Source of the DNA: a virus
Taxonomy: Duplodnaviria; Caudoviricetes
IMG/VR virus record: IMGVR_UViG_3300017700_000880
Span: 1-63,208 of that record
Strand: one strand, 5' to 3'
Length of the DNA: 63,208 nt
Below, in pieces: positions 37,300 through 48,300 of this stretch. Within the stretch, counting starts at the first letter, position 1, and every line of letters starts with the position of its first letter. The translations under genes and the position numbers were made by a program. A model generated the notes under the pieces. The model was not told the origin of the DNA and ran no database searches. It saw nothing but the letters and a program-made list of their open reading frames with translations.

Positions 37300-39195
37300 A
37301 TGGCCCTCGTAAACAAACAGGATTCCAACTTCACCGGTCTGCGTTACGCGGTCGAAGAGACGCCCGGCGTGTTGCCGACGACTCCGGTCTGGATTGAACT
37401 GGAGCCGAACTCGTACAACGACTTCGGCGGCAGCATCGAGACCAAGGCGCGCAACCCCATCAACGCATCGCGCCAGCGCAAAAAGGGCGTTATCATCGAC
37501 CTGAACGCGCAAGCCGGTTTCGTTCAGGACATCACGCCGACCAACGTGCAGGGCCTCATGGAGGCGTTCATGTTCGCCGCCACGCGCGAGAAGACGAACA
37601 TGGACAGCACCGCCGTCGACGGTACGGCGAACCATTACGTGGTCGCCAGCGGCGGCGCGGCATTCGCACCCGGCGACTTGGTCTTCGCTGAAGACTTCGA
37701 CACCACGGCGAACAACGGCCTCAAGGTCGCTGCGCCGGCTTCCACCGCGACCAACGTGCTGGTCACCGACACGGGCCTCGTCACCGAGGCCGGCGCGGAA
37801 GGCCACATCACGAAAGTCGGATACCAATTCCCCACGGGCCTCGCGTCCATCAACGCGACCGCCTCCGAATTCCCCAAGCTGGTCGCCGCCAACGTCGCCG
37901 CGACCGGTACGCTCACGCTCGGCTCGAATCCGGTTGTCGATGACGAAGTGGTCATCGGCTCGCGCACTTATCTGTTCAAGGCGAACCCGACCACGGTCGC
38001 CAATGAAGTCGAAATCGGCGCGGACGCCAGCGGCTCCATCGACAACCTCATCGCGGCCATCAACTTGGCCGCCGGCTCCGGTACGTTGTACGGCTCGGCG
38101 ACCACCATCAACCCCGACGTCACGGCTGCGGTCGGCGGCGGCGATACGATGGTCCTGACCGCCAAGGTGACCGGCGTGGTCGGCAACAGCATCGCAACGA
38201 CCACGGACGTCGCCACCTCCTCGTTCGCCAGCGCCACCTTGACCGGCGGTGCCGGCCGCGCGCTGGATACGCTCGGCCTCATCCCCGGCGAATTCGTTTA
38301 CATCGGCGGCGATGCCGGCGGCACCATGTTCGCCACGCCCGAGGACAACGGCTACTGCCGCGTCCGCTCGACCAGCGCCAACGAAATCGTCTTCGACAAG
38401 ACTCAGTTCATCATGGAAGACGATGCCGGCGCGGGCCTCACCCTGCAAATCTTCCTCGGGCATTGCCTGAAGAACGAAACCGACCGCGCCCTCATCGTTA
38501 CCAAGACGCTGCAGATGGAGCGCTCGCTCGGCGCGCCGGATGACTCGTTGCTGGCACAGGTGCAGGCCGAATACATCGTCAACTGCTTGGCCAACGAGTT
38601 GACCCTGAATATGACCACCGCCGACATCGCGGTGCTCGACGTCAGCTTCCTCGCTGGCGACAACGAAACGCGCACGGGTGCCGAAGGTCTCAAGACCGGC
38701 GACCGCCCGGCGCTGGTCGACACCGATGCGTTCAACACGGTCAGCGACTTGAGCCTCATCAAGATGGCGGTCGTTACCGATGGCGACTCGTGCCCCACGC
38801 CGCTGTTCGCCTTCCTCACCGACCTCGAACTGAGCATCAATAACAACATCACTCAGAACAAGGCGCTCGGCGTGCTCGGCTCGTTTAGCTCATCGCCTGG
38901 TACGTTCGAAGTGTCGGCCACGGTGACCGCTTACTTCCAGACCGTCGATGCCATCCGGCAGGCGCGCGCCAATGCGTCCGTCACGCTGGAGCAGCATCTG
39001 GCCAAGGCGAATCGCGGCGTGTCCATCGACTTGCCGCTGCTGACCTTGGCCAACGTCGCGGCCAACGTCGAGCAGGACGAGCCGGTTACGTTGCCCATCG
39101 AAAGCGATGCGGCGACCGCCAAGCTGATTCATCCCACGCTCGACTATACTGCGCTGTGGATGTTCTGGACTTATCTGCCGACTGCGGCGGAGTAA
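37300..39195 (+). CDS. Major tail tube protein with inserted domains
   Basis: DSNFTGLRYAVEETPGVLP..EPNSY.DFGG..RQRKKG; INNN..KALG. Confidence 0.88.
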   Translation: MALVNKQDSNFTGLRYAVEETPGVLPTTPVWIELEPNSYNDFGGSIETKARNPINASRQRKKGVIIDLNAQAGFVQDITPTNVQGLMEAFMFAATREKTNMDSTAVDGTANHYVVASGGAAFAPGDLVFAEDFDTTANNGLKVAAPASTATNVLVTDTGLVTEAGAEGHITKVGYQFPTGLASINATASEFPKLVAANVAATGTLTLGSNPVVDDEVVIGSRTYLFKANPTTVANEVEIGADASGSIDNLIAAINLAAGSGTLYGSATTINPDVTAAVGGGDTMVLTAKVTGVVGNSIATTTDVATSSFASATLTGGAGRALDTLGLIPGEFVYIGGDAGGTMFATPEDNGYCRVRSTSANEIVFDKTQFIMEDDAGAGLTLQIFLGHCLKNETDRALIVTKTLQMERSLGAPDDSLLAQVQAEYIVNCLANELTLNMTTADIAVLDVSFLAGDNETRTGAEGLKTGDRPALVDTDAFNTVSDLSLIKMAVVTDGDSCPTPLFAFLTDLELSINNNITQNKALGVLGSFSSSPGTFEVSATVTAYFQTVDAIRQARANASVTLEQHLAKANRGVSIDLPLLTLANVAANVEQDEPVTLPIESDAATAKLIHPTLDYTALWMFWTYLPTAAE

Positions 39196-39236
39196 TTTGC
39201 GGCGGCGCAGCCCGCGCCGCCTTGGAGGAGGGTACT

Positions 39237-39668
39237 ATGACGCTGGATACCAAAGTCGGCCTCGCAGAGGATTCCGACATCGATGCCATCTTTGCGATGG
39301 ACGAAGAAAAGGAACTCAACGGAGTCACGATTCAATTCGGTAAGCTGGTCCTCAAGCTGGCGCGCGTTGGCGGTTCGAACAAGACCTTCGCCAAGGCGGC
39401 CGAGGAAGCCTTCCGCCCTTACCGGCGCATGATGGAAGCCGGCGTCGAGTTGCCGGAAGACGTCAGCAAGGAAATCGGCTTCAAGCTGTACTCCAATATC
39501 GTCAAGGACTGGAATCGCGCCAAGGACGGCGTCCCGATTCCGTGCACGCCGGACGAGGTGGTCAAGCTGTTCGAGAAGCGTCCCGAGGTGTTCTACTTCG
39601 TGGTCGAAGAATCGAAGCGCGCCGCCAACTATCGCAAGGCCAGCGCCGAGGTTGACCGAAAAAACTAA
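39237..39668 (+). CDS. Tail assembly chaperone (gpG-like)
   Basis: LARVGGSNK; ends in the slippery sequence A AAA AAC TAA. Confidence 0.85.
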   Translation: MTLDTKVGLAEDSDIDAIFAMDEEKELNGVTIQFGKLVLKLARVGGSNKTFAKAAEEAFRPYRRMMEAGVELPEDVSKEIGFKLYSNIVKDWNRAKDGVPIPCTPDEVVKLFEKRPEVFYFVVEESKRAANYRKASAEVDRKN

Positions 39669-40084
39669 TCGCGGTCATGCTCTTCGCGGCTGAGCATGGA
39701 CCGGTCGACAAAAAGTTGCTGCTCCAGTTTGCGAAGCAGTTCAGCAAGTCGCAAAAAATCGCGATGCCGAAGAGGCTGGAGCCGGGGCCGGAATTGTACC
39801 CCGGCCTCGACCTTTTCTATGACGCCTTTTGGGACTTGACCACGGAGCGCCCGGCGGAGACCGCGCCGATTCCGTGGTCCCGTATCCAGCAATGGGCCGT
39901 CGCCACCCGCCTCTCGGGTGACCAGCGGGCGCTTTTGCACGGCCATATCAGGGCCATGGACCTTGCTTTTCTAGGGTGGCGGAGGGATAAACAGGGGCGC
40001 ACAAAATCACCCCCGAAACCCGAGGAGGGTCAGAATGGCAAGCCTGTCCGACCTCGGCCGCCGCATGGAAATCCACGCCGCTAA
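39659..40084 (+). CDS. -1 frameshift extension of the tail chaperone (gpGT-like)
   Basis: -1 frame open from the heptamer; FWDLTTER..IPWSRI..IRAMD. Confidence 0.8.
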   Translation, partial: KKLIAVMLFAAEHGPVDKKLLLQFAKQFSKSQKIAMPKRLEPGPELYPGLDLFYDAFWDLTTERPAETAPIPWSRIQQWAVATRLSGDQRALLHGHIRAMDLAFLGWRRDKQGRTKSPPKPEEGQNGKPVRPRPPHGNPRR

Positions 40085-40454
40085 CATCGAGCGCAATGCA
40101 CCGTTGGCGCAGCGCGTCACCGCCGTCGCGGTGCTTCAGGTCGTCACCCTTTCCACGCCGGTCGATACCGGCCGCGCACGGACCAACTGGCTCGTCGGCA
40201 TCGGCGGCGCGAAGAATGAAGTGGTCGAGTCCGCCGGCACCGATGGCGGCATTGCTGGCAAGGTGGCAAAGCTGAAGAACACGCAGACGAAGCAAGGCCA
40301 AGACATTCACATCACGAACAATCTACCGTATATTGTGCGGCTGAACGAAGGCCACTCCGCGCAAGCGCCGGCCGGCTTCGTTGAGCAAGCCATCGCGGCG
40401 GCCGTCGAAGCGATTAAATCCTTCCGACTCCTCGCACCGAATCGGGGAGCATAA
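40035..40454 (+). CDS. Tail completion / neck protein (HK97 gp10-like)
   Basis: TPVDTGRARTNW..NNLPYIVRLNEGHSAQAPAGFV. Confidence 0.85.
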   Translation: MASLSDLGRRMEIHAANIERNAPLAQRVTAVAVLQVVTLSTPVDTGRARTNWLVGIGGAKNEVVESAGTDGGIAGKVAKLKNTQTKQGQDIHITNNLPYIVRLNEGHSAQAPAGFVEQAIAAAVEAIKSFRLLAPNRGA

Positions 40455-42499
40455 TGGCCACTGAGAAAATTGACATCGTCGTTACGGAGAAGGGCTCGGT
40501 CACCGCCGCCGCGCGCGTGCGCGACGTCGGCACGGCCGCGACCGTTGCCGGCGCACAGGTGCAATCGTTCGGCAGTATCCTGTCCGGCCTTTTGCCTTTG
40601 CTGGCGTTCGCCGGCATCAGCGCCAGCGTTGCAAAACTTGGTCAGTACGGCGAAGCGTACACCCGCATCTCGAATAAGATTTTGGAGGCGACCAGTTCGC
40701 AGCGCGAGTACCTTCAGGTCGAGCAGTCGCTTTTTGATATCTCGCAGCGCACGCGCACGTCGCTGGAGTCCAACGCCAACTTGTACGAGCGCCTCGCCGA
40801 GGCGACCACGGGTACCGACATCACGACCAAGGAATTGCTCCGCAGCATCGAGAGCCTCAACCTTATCATGACCGCGTCCGGTGAAACCTCGGAGACGGTA
40901 TCCGGCGCGCTCAACCGCCTCATGACGTCGATCAGCACTGGCACCGTCGACACGCGCGGTCTCATGACCGTCCTCAATCAATTCCCCGACTTGGCGCAGG
41001 CCATCGCCGCGCAATTGGGAGTCACCGCCGGCCGGCTGAAGCAGATGGGCGAAGAAGGTTCGCTCACGAGCAAGGCGTTGCTCGAAGTGTTTACGAGCAC
41101 GCAATTTGCCACGTCCGCCGCCGCCGCTTTTGAGAAGCAGCAAGTCACCCTGTCCGGTGCGTGGACGGTGTTGAACAATGCCGTCACCCGATTCGTTGGT
41201 CAGCTTGACCAGACCAATGGCGCAAGCGCCACCTTTGCCGGCATCATCATCACACTGGCGAACAACCTGCCGGCGCTGGCCGGTTCGCTCTTGGTTGTCG
41301 GCTCGGCGCTCGCGGCCATCAAGGTTCAGGCGTGGGGCCTTGCGGCCGTTGCCGCGTTTGGCGGCGCGGCCAATGCCGGCGCGCTGCTCGGCACCGTCAT
41401 CCGCTCGTTGCTGAATCCGATGACCATCCTGACCACGCTGACCACTATCGCCAGCGGCGGCCTCAATTTGCTCATCCCGCTCATCGTTGCGGCGACCACG
41501 TACATCCTCACGTTCGGCCAAGGCATCGCCCTCACGGCTGACGGTGCTGTTACGTTGCGCGGTGCATTCGTCGGCACGTTCACCTATATCATCGACTTGA
41601 TTGGACAGGCGTACACCGCCATCACGCAATTCTTCGCGGCCTCTCAGCTTGGCCAAGGCGTTGCCGCCGTCTTCACCGCCATCGGTGACGCGGTGCAATG
41701 GGTTATCGACAAGCTGATGCAACTGTTGCAGTCGCTCGGTGTGCTCGCGGAAGGTGCGTCCCTTTTCGATGGGTTGTCGAAGGCCATCCGCGAGGCCAGC
41801 GCCAGCGGCGAAGGTGCCGCCAAGTCGTTGGCCAAGGTCGACCAGTCTGCGAACGGAGCAAACGTCGCGGCCGGCGTGTTGAAGGAAACCGTCAAGGCGA
41901 CCACCCCGGAATTCCGCCGCATGACGGAAGCGACTCAGCAAAGCGCGCAGGCCATGGTCACGCATCAGCAAGTCACGACCAACGCCCTCGGCGAAGAGGT
42001 GAAGGTCATTAGCGAATGGGCACGCCGCTCCGGTGCGTACTTCAACGACTTCGGACAGGCCGCCATCGCCTCCGCACAGCAAGCGGCGGCGGCCGTTGAT
42101 TCCATTTCGTCGAGCATGAGCCGGGGCCGGTCCTCTGCCTCGGGTAGCGGCCGGGGCGGTTTCAGCATTGCATCGCCGGGCCGTCTGGATACCGGTAACA
42201 ACCATTGGTCGAGCGACGACGTGCGCGGCTTTGCCCGAGGAGGTGAGTTTGCCGTTGGCGGAAGCGGCGGCACCGACTCGCAACTCGTGCAATTCATGGC
42301 ATCGCCGAACGAGCGCGTGCGCGTCGAGACGCCGGCACAGCAAGCGTCGAGCGACCGCAACGGCGGTCGTGGTGACATCAAGGTCAACGTCTCGATGACG
42401 GTCAACGCCAAGGATGCGGACAGCTTCAATCTCAGCCGCAAGACCATCGTGATGGGCTTGCAAAGCGAACTCAATCGCGCCGTGAGGAGTATCGGATAA
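40454..42499 (+). CDS. Tape measure protein
   Basis: Ala-rich helical; GFARGGEFAVGGSGGTDS near the C-terminus. Confidence 0.9.
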   Translation: MATEKIDIVVTEKGSVTAAARVRDVGTAATVAGAQVQSFGSILSGLLPLLAFAGISASVAKLGQYGEAYTRISNKILEATSSQREYLQVEQSLFDISQRTRTSLESNANLYERLAEATTGTDITTKELLRSIESLNLIMTASGETSETVSGALNRLMTSISTGTVDTRGLMTVLNQFPDLAQAIAAQLGVTAGRLKQMGEEGSLTSKALLEVFTSTQFATSAAAAFEKQQVTLSGAWTVLNNAVTRFVGQLDQTNGASATFAGIIITLANNLPALAGSLLVVGSALAAIKVQAWGLAAVAAFGGAANAGALLGTVIRSLLNPMTILTTLTTIASGGLNLLIPLIVAATTYILTFGQGIALTADGAVTLRGAFVGTFTYIIDLIGQAYTAITQFFAASQLGQGVAAVFTAIGDAVQWVIDKLMQLLQSLGVLAEGASLFDGLSKAIREASASGEGAAKSLAKVDQSANGANVAAGVLKETVKATTPEFRRMTEATQQSAQAMVTHQQVTTNALGEEVKVISEWARRSGAYFNDFGQAAIASAQQAAAAVDSISSSMSRGRSSASGSGRGGFSIASPGRLDTGNNHWSSDDVRGFARGGEFAVGGSGGTDSQLVQFMASPNERVRVETPAQQASSDRNGGRGDIKVNVSMTVNAKDADSFNLSRKTIVMGLQSELNRAVRSIG

Positions 42500-44529
42500 T
42501 GAGCTTCGATGACATTCGTTTGCCAGTTGACGTCGAGCAAGGCGCAAAGGGCGGTCCCAATTTCCAGACCAGCATCGTGGCCCTCTCCAGCGGCAACGAG
42601 CAGCGGAATCAGGATTGGTCCGCCCCGCGCCAAGCGTGGGACATTGGATACGGCATCGGCGACCGCGAGAACTACGAGTCCGTCCGTGACTTCTTCTACG
42701 CGCGGCGCGGCCGTCAGCGCGGATTCCTCTTCAAGGATTGGTCCGATTACACCGTGACGAATCAATTGCTCGGTACTGGCAACGGTACGCTCCGCACGTT
42801 CCTGCTCGTCAAGACTTACGAGAACGATGGCCCCTCGCCGTTCACCCGCCGCATCACGCGGCCGGATTTGACGACGCTTGTCGTGCGCGTCAACGATGTG
42901 GTGACGACCGCCTTTGTGACTGGCGACGGCGGATGGATTCGATTCACCCCCGGCAATGCGCCGGCCAATGATGCCGAGGTGCGCGCCGACTTCGAATTCG
43001 ATGTGCCGGTGCGCTTCGCCATCGATACGTTCCCGCTGCAGCTTGGCTGGTCAGAAGTCGGCTCCATCGATTCGATTCCGGTTGTCGAGACGCGCGACGA
43101 CTTCAACGCGCCGCCGACTGATGTGTCGCTCACTGGTACCACGACCAGCATGGCGGAGAACACTTCCACGGCCACGCGCATCAAGGTCGCCGACATCAGT
43201 GTCACTGATGACCCGTTCGGCTTCAACGTGCTGAGCCTCACTGGCGCGGACGCGGCCAGCTTCGAACTCGACGGCGACCTGAACATCGATGGCATCGGCG
43301 GCGAGTTGTACCTCAAAGCCGACGTCGTGCTGAACTACGAGGTGAAGGCAGCATACAACGTCACCGTCAACGTCGATGACCCGCTTGCGGCCGGCGCGCA
43401 TCCGCAGGCCACCGAAAACTTTACCCTCACCCTGACCGATGTGAACGAAGCGCCGGACGTGATACTTACGAACCGAGTGTACTCGCTTCCCGATGACGAA
43501 GATACGACCGGCCCGATTGCCATTGCGAACGTCACCGTCATCGATGATGCGCTTGGTTTGCGTGCGCTTACCTTGAGCGGTGCGGACGCGGCCAGCTTCA
43601 CACTCGACGGTTCGCTTACGTGGACCGGCACCGACCCCATCACGGGCCTGCGCAACTATACCGGCGTCACGTTGAACACTGTGGCGGGCCTCGACTACTC
43701 GGTGCAAACGCTGTTCGAAGTCACCGTCGAAGTTGCCGACTCCGGTTTGCCTTCGCCGCCTCAAGGTACGTTCGACCACACGCTTCAGTTCGGTGTCGCA
43801 CCCGGTGTCGAGGATAGCGTTGGCACAGGTGCCAAAGTTTTCGCCGTGCCGGTCTATGCCACGCTGACGATTGAACTTTGGGGACCGGGAGCGGGCGGCC
43901 ACGGCTTCAACACGTCCGGCACAACGCCATCAGGCGACACCACTCTCGCATCACTCAGCTTGACCGCTGGCAAAGGCTTCGCGGCGTCCGGTACACTTGG
44001 CGGTCTCGGCGGCACCGCGACCGGCGGCGACGTGAATCAGAACGGCAAGCCCGGCAACACTGGCGTCAACTTCCGCCAAGGGTATCTCACCGGGGACGCC
44101 TTCACGACCGGCGTACAGGGCATTCAATTCTATACGGCCGCAGGCGGTAACGCTGGCGATGACCTTGGCGGCGGCCCGTCGACGACCGGCGCGTTCTATA
44201 ACTTCGAACTCAACACCTACACGAACATCAACGTCAACGGCGCGGACGCAACTTCACACGGCGGCGCTGGCGCGGGCTCTGTTCAATACGGCGCTGACTC
44301 GCGCGCCGCGTCCGGCGGATTCTTCGGCGTGTACGGTTACGGCAAGGGCTCGCCGAGCGGCGGCGGCGGCGCGAAGGTGACCAAGACCTTCATCTACGGC
44401 GTCACACCCGGCGCACCGGAGCCCGGTTCGAACCTCAACTATGTCATCGGTCCCAAGGGCATCGGTGGAGTCAGCTTCGCCGATGGCGGCGACGGTGCTG
44501 ACGGTCATGCCCGATTCACTTGGAGTTAA
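42499..44529 (+). CDS. Distal tail protein (DUF2460) fused to two cadherin-like repeats and a Gly-rich domain
   Basis: GGPNFQTSIV..SGNEQRNQDW..FYARRG..FDVPVRF; AEN..NYE..DVNEAP. Confidence 0.85.
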   Translation: MSFDDIRLPVDVEQGAKGGPNFQTSIVALSSGNEQRNQDWSAPRQAWDIGYGIGDRENYESVRDFFYARRGRQRGFLFKDWSDYTVTNQLLGTGNGTLRTFLLVKTYENDGPSPFTRRITRPDLTTLVVRVNDVVTTAFVTGDGGWIRFTPGNAPANDAEVRADFEFDVPVRFAIDTFPLQLGWSEVGSIDSIPVVETRDDFNAPPTDVSLTGTTTSMAENTSTATRIKVADISVTDDPFGFNVLSLTGADAASFELDGDLNIDGIGGELYLKADVVLNYEVKAAYNVTVNVDDPLAAGAHPQATENFTLTLTDVNEAPDVILTNRVYSLPDDEDTTGPIAIANVTVIDDALGLRALTLSGADAASFTLDGSLTWTGTDPITGLRNYTGVTLNTVAGLDYSVQTLFEVTVEVADSGLPSPPQGTFDHTLQFGVAPGVEDSVGTGAKVFAVPVYATLTIELWGPGAGGHGFNTSGTTPSGDTTLASLSLTAGKGFAASGTLGGLGGTATGGDVNQNGKPGNTGVNFRQGYLTGDAFTTGVQGIQFYTAAGGNAGDDLGGGPSTTGAFYNFELNTYTNINVNGADATSHGGAGAGSVQYGADSRAASGGFFGVYGYGKGSPSGGGGAKVTKTFIYGVTPGAPEPGSNLNYVIGPKGIGGVSFADGGDGADGHARFTWS

Positions 44530-44533
44530 ATGA

Positions 44534-45370
44534 ATGCGAACCGTTTCCACGGAATTCAATACTGCCCTCGGGCAAGTCGGCACCACCTTTGCGCGCCTGT
44601 GGACCATCACGCGCACGGACGGTCGTGTCATTCGGTTGACCGACAATGATTCGAACGTGCTGGTCGATGGGCAAATCTTCCAAGCAAGTTTCGGCTTTAC
44701 CTCGACGGCCGTGCTCACGTCCTCGACTTCGGTCGGCTCGCAGAACGTGGAGTTGACGGTGCCGCTTGTCGACCTTGGAATCACCGAGGACGATTTGCGC
44801 AGCCGCATTTATGAAGAGGCGACCGCCGTGTTGCGCGTTGTCAATTACGAGCACCCCGAGGACGGCACGATGCTCATCTTCAGCGGCATCGTCGGCCGCG
44901 TGGTCTTGTCCGATAAGCACCGCGCCACCATCGAAGTCATCTCGTTCGCTGACCCCAATGTGTACATCGCCGGCGAACAGTATTCCTCGTCGTGCCGCAA
45001 TGACCTCGGCGACTCGCGGTGCCGCTTCAACATCTACAGCATGGCCATCGAATTCGAAGTCGAAAGTCTGATCGACACCATGGCGTTCGTTATTGATGAT
45101 ATGAAAGGCCAGCCGGATGACTTCTTCGCGCTCGGTCAAATCAAATGGCTCAGCGGCGAAAACGTCGACCAAGTCTCGGACGTGCGGACCAATGTGCTGG
45201 CGATGCGCAGCGTGGGACTGTTCTACCCGTTGCCGTATCCCATCGCGGCGGGCGACACTGGACAGTTGCTCCCCGGCTGTGATAAACAGGCCACAACGTG
45301 CTTCAGCAAGTTCAACAATATCATCAACATGAGGGCGGAGTTTTTCGCCCCGACCTTTGGCGGTGGCTAA
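44534..45370 (+). CDS. Baseplate hub protein (DUF2163, GTA-like)
   Basis: RTDG..TDND; CRNDLGDSRC and GCDK..TC..KFNN. Confidence 0.9.
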   Translation: MRTVSTEFNTALGQVGTTFARLWTITRTDGRVIRLTDNDSNVLVDGQIFQASFGFTSTAVLTSSTSVGSQNVELTVPLVDLGITEDDLRSRIYEEATAVLRVVNYEHPEDGTMLIFSGIVGRVVLSDKHRATIEVISFADPNVYIAGEQYSSSCRNDLGDSRCRFNIYSMAIEFEVESLIDTMAFVIDDMKGQPDDFFALGQIKWLSGENVDQVSDVRTNVLAMRSVGLFYPLPYPIAAGDTGQLLPGCDKQATTCFSKFNNIINMRAEFFAPTFGGG

Positions 45371-48300
45371 ATGACGGTCCTTGACCCCATCACACAAGCG
45401 GCCATCGCGCTCCAGCGGCGCAACGAGGACGGCCTCTCTCGGCCGGGCGCTGCCACGATTCCCGTATCCTTCGGCCGCCGTGTGGTGCAAGGCTTCCCGA
45501 TTTGGGTGAGCCAAGAGACCGCGCCGGCCACCGAACCGGAGACCGTTGAGGGCCAACTGATTCATCAGCGCCGCGCGCCGCCGATTCTGGCCGGCGCGAC
45601 GAAGGCCACGTTCGCCGTTGCCCTCGGGTACAGCCTTTTGCCCGAGGAGGAGCGCGTTGGCACGACCATCCGGCGCATGTGGGCAGACGGCCTTCTCATC
45701 TACGACGCAACGAATCCCGATGGCACGCCCGACTTCAATGGCATGACGTTGTCCTTCCACACTGGCGACTCCGAGGCGCAGCCGGACGCGTTCATCAAAT
45801 CCGACATGGGTGAATTCACGACGGGATTCCGCGAATTGATTTACGTGGTGCTCCGCGACTTCCCGCTGCAAGTGGGACCGACTCCGGTCGCACCGCCGCC
45901 GACGACCAGCGCGCCGGTCACGACCAAGTCGACCGCCACGTATGCGCTCCCGAGTCTTTCGACGCCCGGCACACCCGGCGCGTTCAACGGCGGCCTCGTC
46001 GACGTCGGAATCGGCGGATGGGGTTTCACCTATCTCACCGGCCCGGCTAACATTGCGTATCCTGTAAACGGCCACGGCGGCGTGTTCCTCTCGTGGATTA
46101 CGGATGGCCAAGCGACCGCCGGCATCGGCGGCGGTTATAACTCGCTGACCGGCAAAGTGACGCCGTACCCGTTCGACCTTGGCGGCGGCCAGAAAATCAT
46201 CGGCGCTGATGGCTCCTATGGTGCCAGCGTCGAGACCAGCCGCACCGTGCCGGGCGTGGTGACGCAAGCGCCCGCTCCCGCTCCGACTTATCGAACCACG
46301 TTGCCGACCATCACGGTGGAGTTGTCGGACCTGATTAGCATCACGCCCATCATCGCGGAGCACGACCCCATCAACGCGAATGACCCGCCCGACTCGCTTG
46401 GCGTCTTGGCCGATTGGGATACCGACACCGCTTACGCATGGACGAACCGGCCGAGCGACGACCCTCAGTCGTTCCTGCTTCACACGTACAGCGTATCGCA
46501 AAAGCTGGAGTTGCAACGATTCGCCCCGGCGAATCAATACACCGTGTTCCCCGGTACGCCGGACGCTGTTCAGTATGAGAGCGCGCGCGTGCATTTCGAT
46601 TACCTGTGCGCGCACGACAAGTTGAACAAATTCGCTTTCACAATCCCGTTCTCGACCGTTACGCCGAACTCGGACAGCATCATCTGCATCGACTTGGAGA
46701 CGGGCAAGATTCTGTCCGGCTATGGCCTGCACACGTTCGACACGACTGACGTCCCCGGTGTTAGCATTGCGCAGCGCCAGCGCGGCGACTGCGTCGTGTC
46801 GACTTCCAGCTTCGGCAAGTCTTACGGTGTGGTCAGCAGTTCGGCGCTTGGTCCGATTTTCGGTTATACGACTTACACGACGACGGGCATTCTGAGTCAC
46901 GGCGGCGAGGTTGAATTGGGAGCGCCCGGCTTCCTTGGCGGCAACCACCCGTCGACCGTGCTGGCGTATCCCATCGTCGACCGGCCGGACCTTGTGGCGC
47001 AGTACGGTATGTCGCCGCTGATGACACAAAACTGGTTTGCCTTCGTCGCCATGGGAACGGGGTTGTGGCTCGCGCAAGGCGACCCTGATGAAATCTTCGG
47101 CGCGACTCAAGTCTATACGTCGCCGGTCAACATCATCGCATCGTTCATCGACCAGACTGATTTTAGCGTGATGCTGGTCGAGGCCGTTGGCGGCCAATAC
47201 TATCTTGAGAAAATCCGCGTCAACTACACCTTCAGCGATGCCGGCGTGACGCCTTCGTTCGGTGGCAGCGTGTACCATGTGCCCATCAACACGCCGGTCA
47301 ACGGCGTGCACTTCGAGACGTCGTTCCGCGAGAGCAACTATCTCGACGGCCGGCTGGTCTATCCCGGCATGGACGACGGCGACCCGTTTTGGTTCACGTA
47401 TGACATGAGCACGGGCCAGCGCATCTCGGCCGTTGCGTGGCCGCACAGCGGCGCGAATGCCGAGTCGTTCGTGTACAACTCGCGCACCGGCAACGCTTTG
47501 GTCATGGGCATCGGCCCCGAGCCGGTCAACACGCAAGTCACGTCGAGCGACACCGAGACCATCCCGCTGAACGACTTGCTCCGGTGGCTGATGCTGGAGG
47601 CCGGTTACAGCACGGAGCAAATCGATATCAGCGGCGACCTCGACGACGCGGTCATCGGCGGCGTCTACACTTCCCGCCTCGGGTTGTGGCCGTACATTCG
47701 CAACCTCGCGGTCGTGTACAACTTCAGCTTTTACGAGTCCGAGGGCAAAATCAAATTCACCCGAGGGACGAGCGGGGATACCACTCTCGTCAGCTACACC
47801 ATCGACGTCGATTCCTTGTCGCAAGTGCAAAGCGGCGGAGACGTTTCCGAGAACCTCATCACCACCATGGCCTCGCCGGTCGAGTTGGCGACCAGCGTGG
47901 AGATTAGCTATGTGGACCCCGACTACGGGTACCAGCCGAACTCGAAGGTCTTCTCGCGGTCGCGCTTCCCGTACAAGGATTCGCGCGGCGGCCAGATGGC
48001 GTCCTATGCCACTTATCTCGTGATGGACTCCGGCGAGGCGCTCCAGCGCGCCGCGCGCGTTGCGTTCAGCAATTACGGCCAAGGCATCGTTCAGGCGATG
48101 CGATTGCCATGGGCATTCTCCCGCATGGAGCCGAGCGATAGCATCGCCCTCACCATCGCAGGCCGCAACTATCTGGTCAACGTGACGGAAGTTGTGCTCA
48201 ACATGGACTGGTCGTTGTCGGTGACCGGCGTGGACTTCAATTATCGGAACGATGTGGCGGTGAGCGCCGACCAGCCTCTCGGCCTCATCAATCAGCCGGC

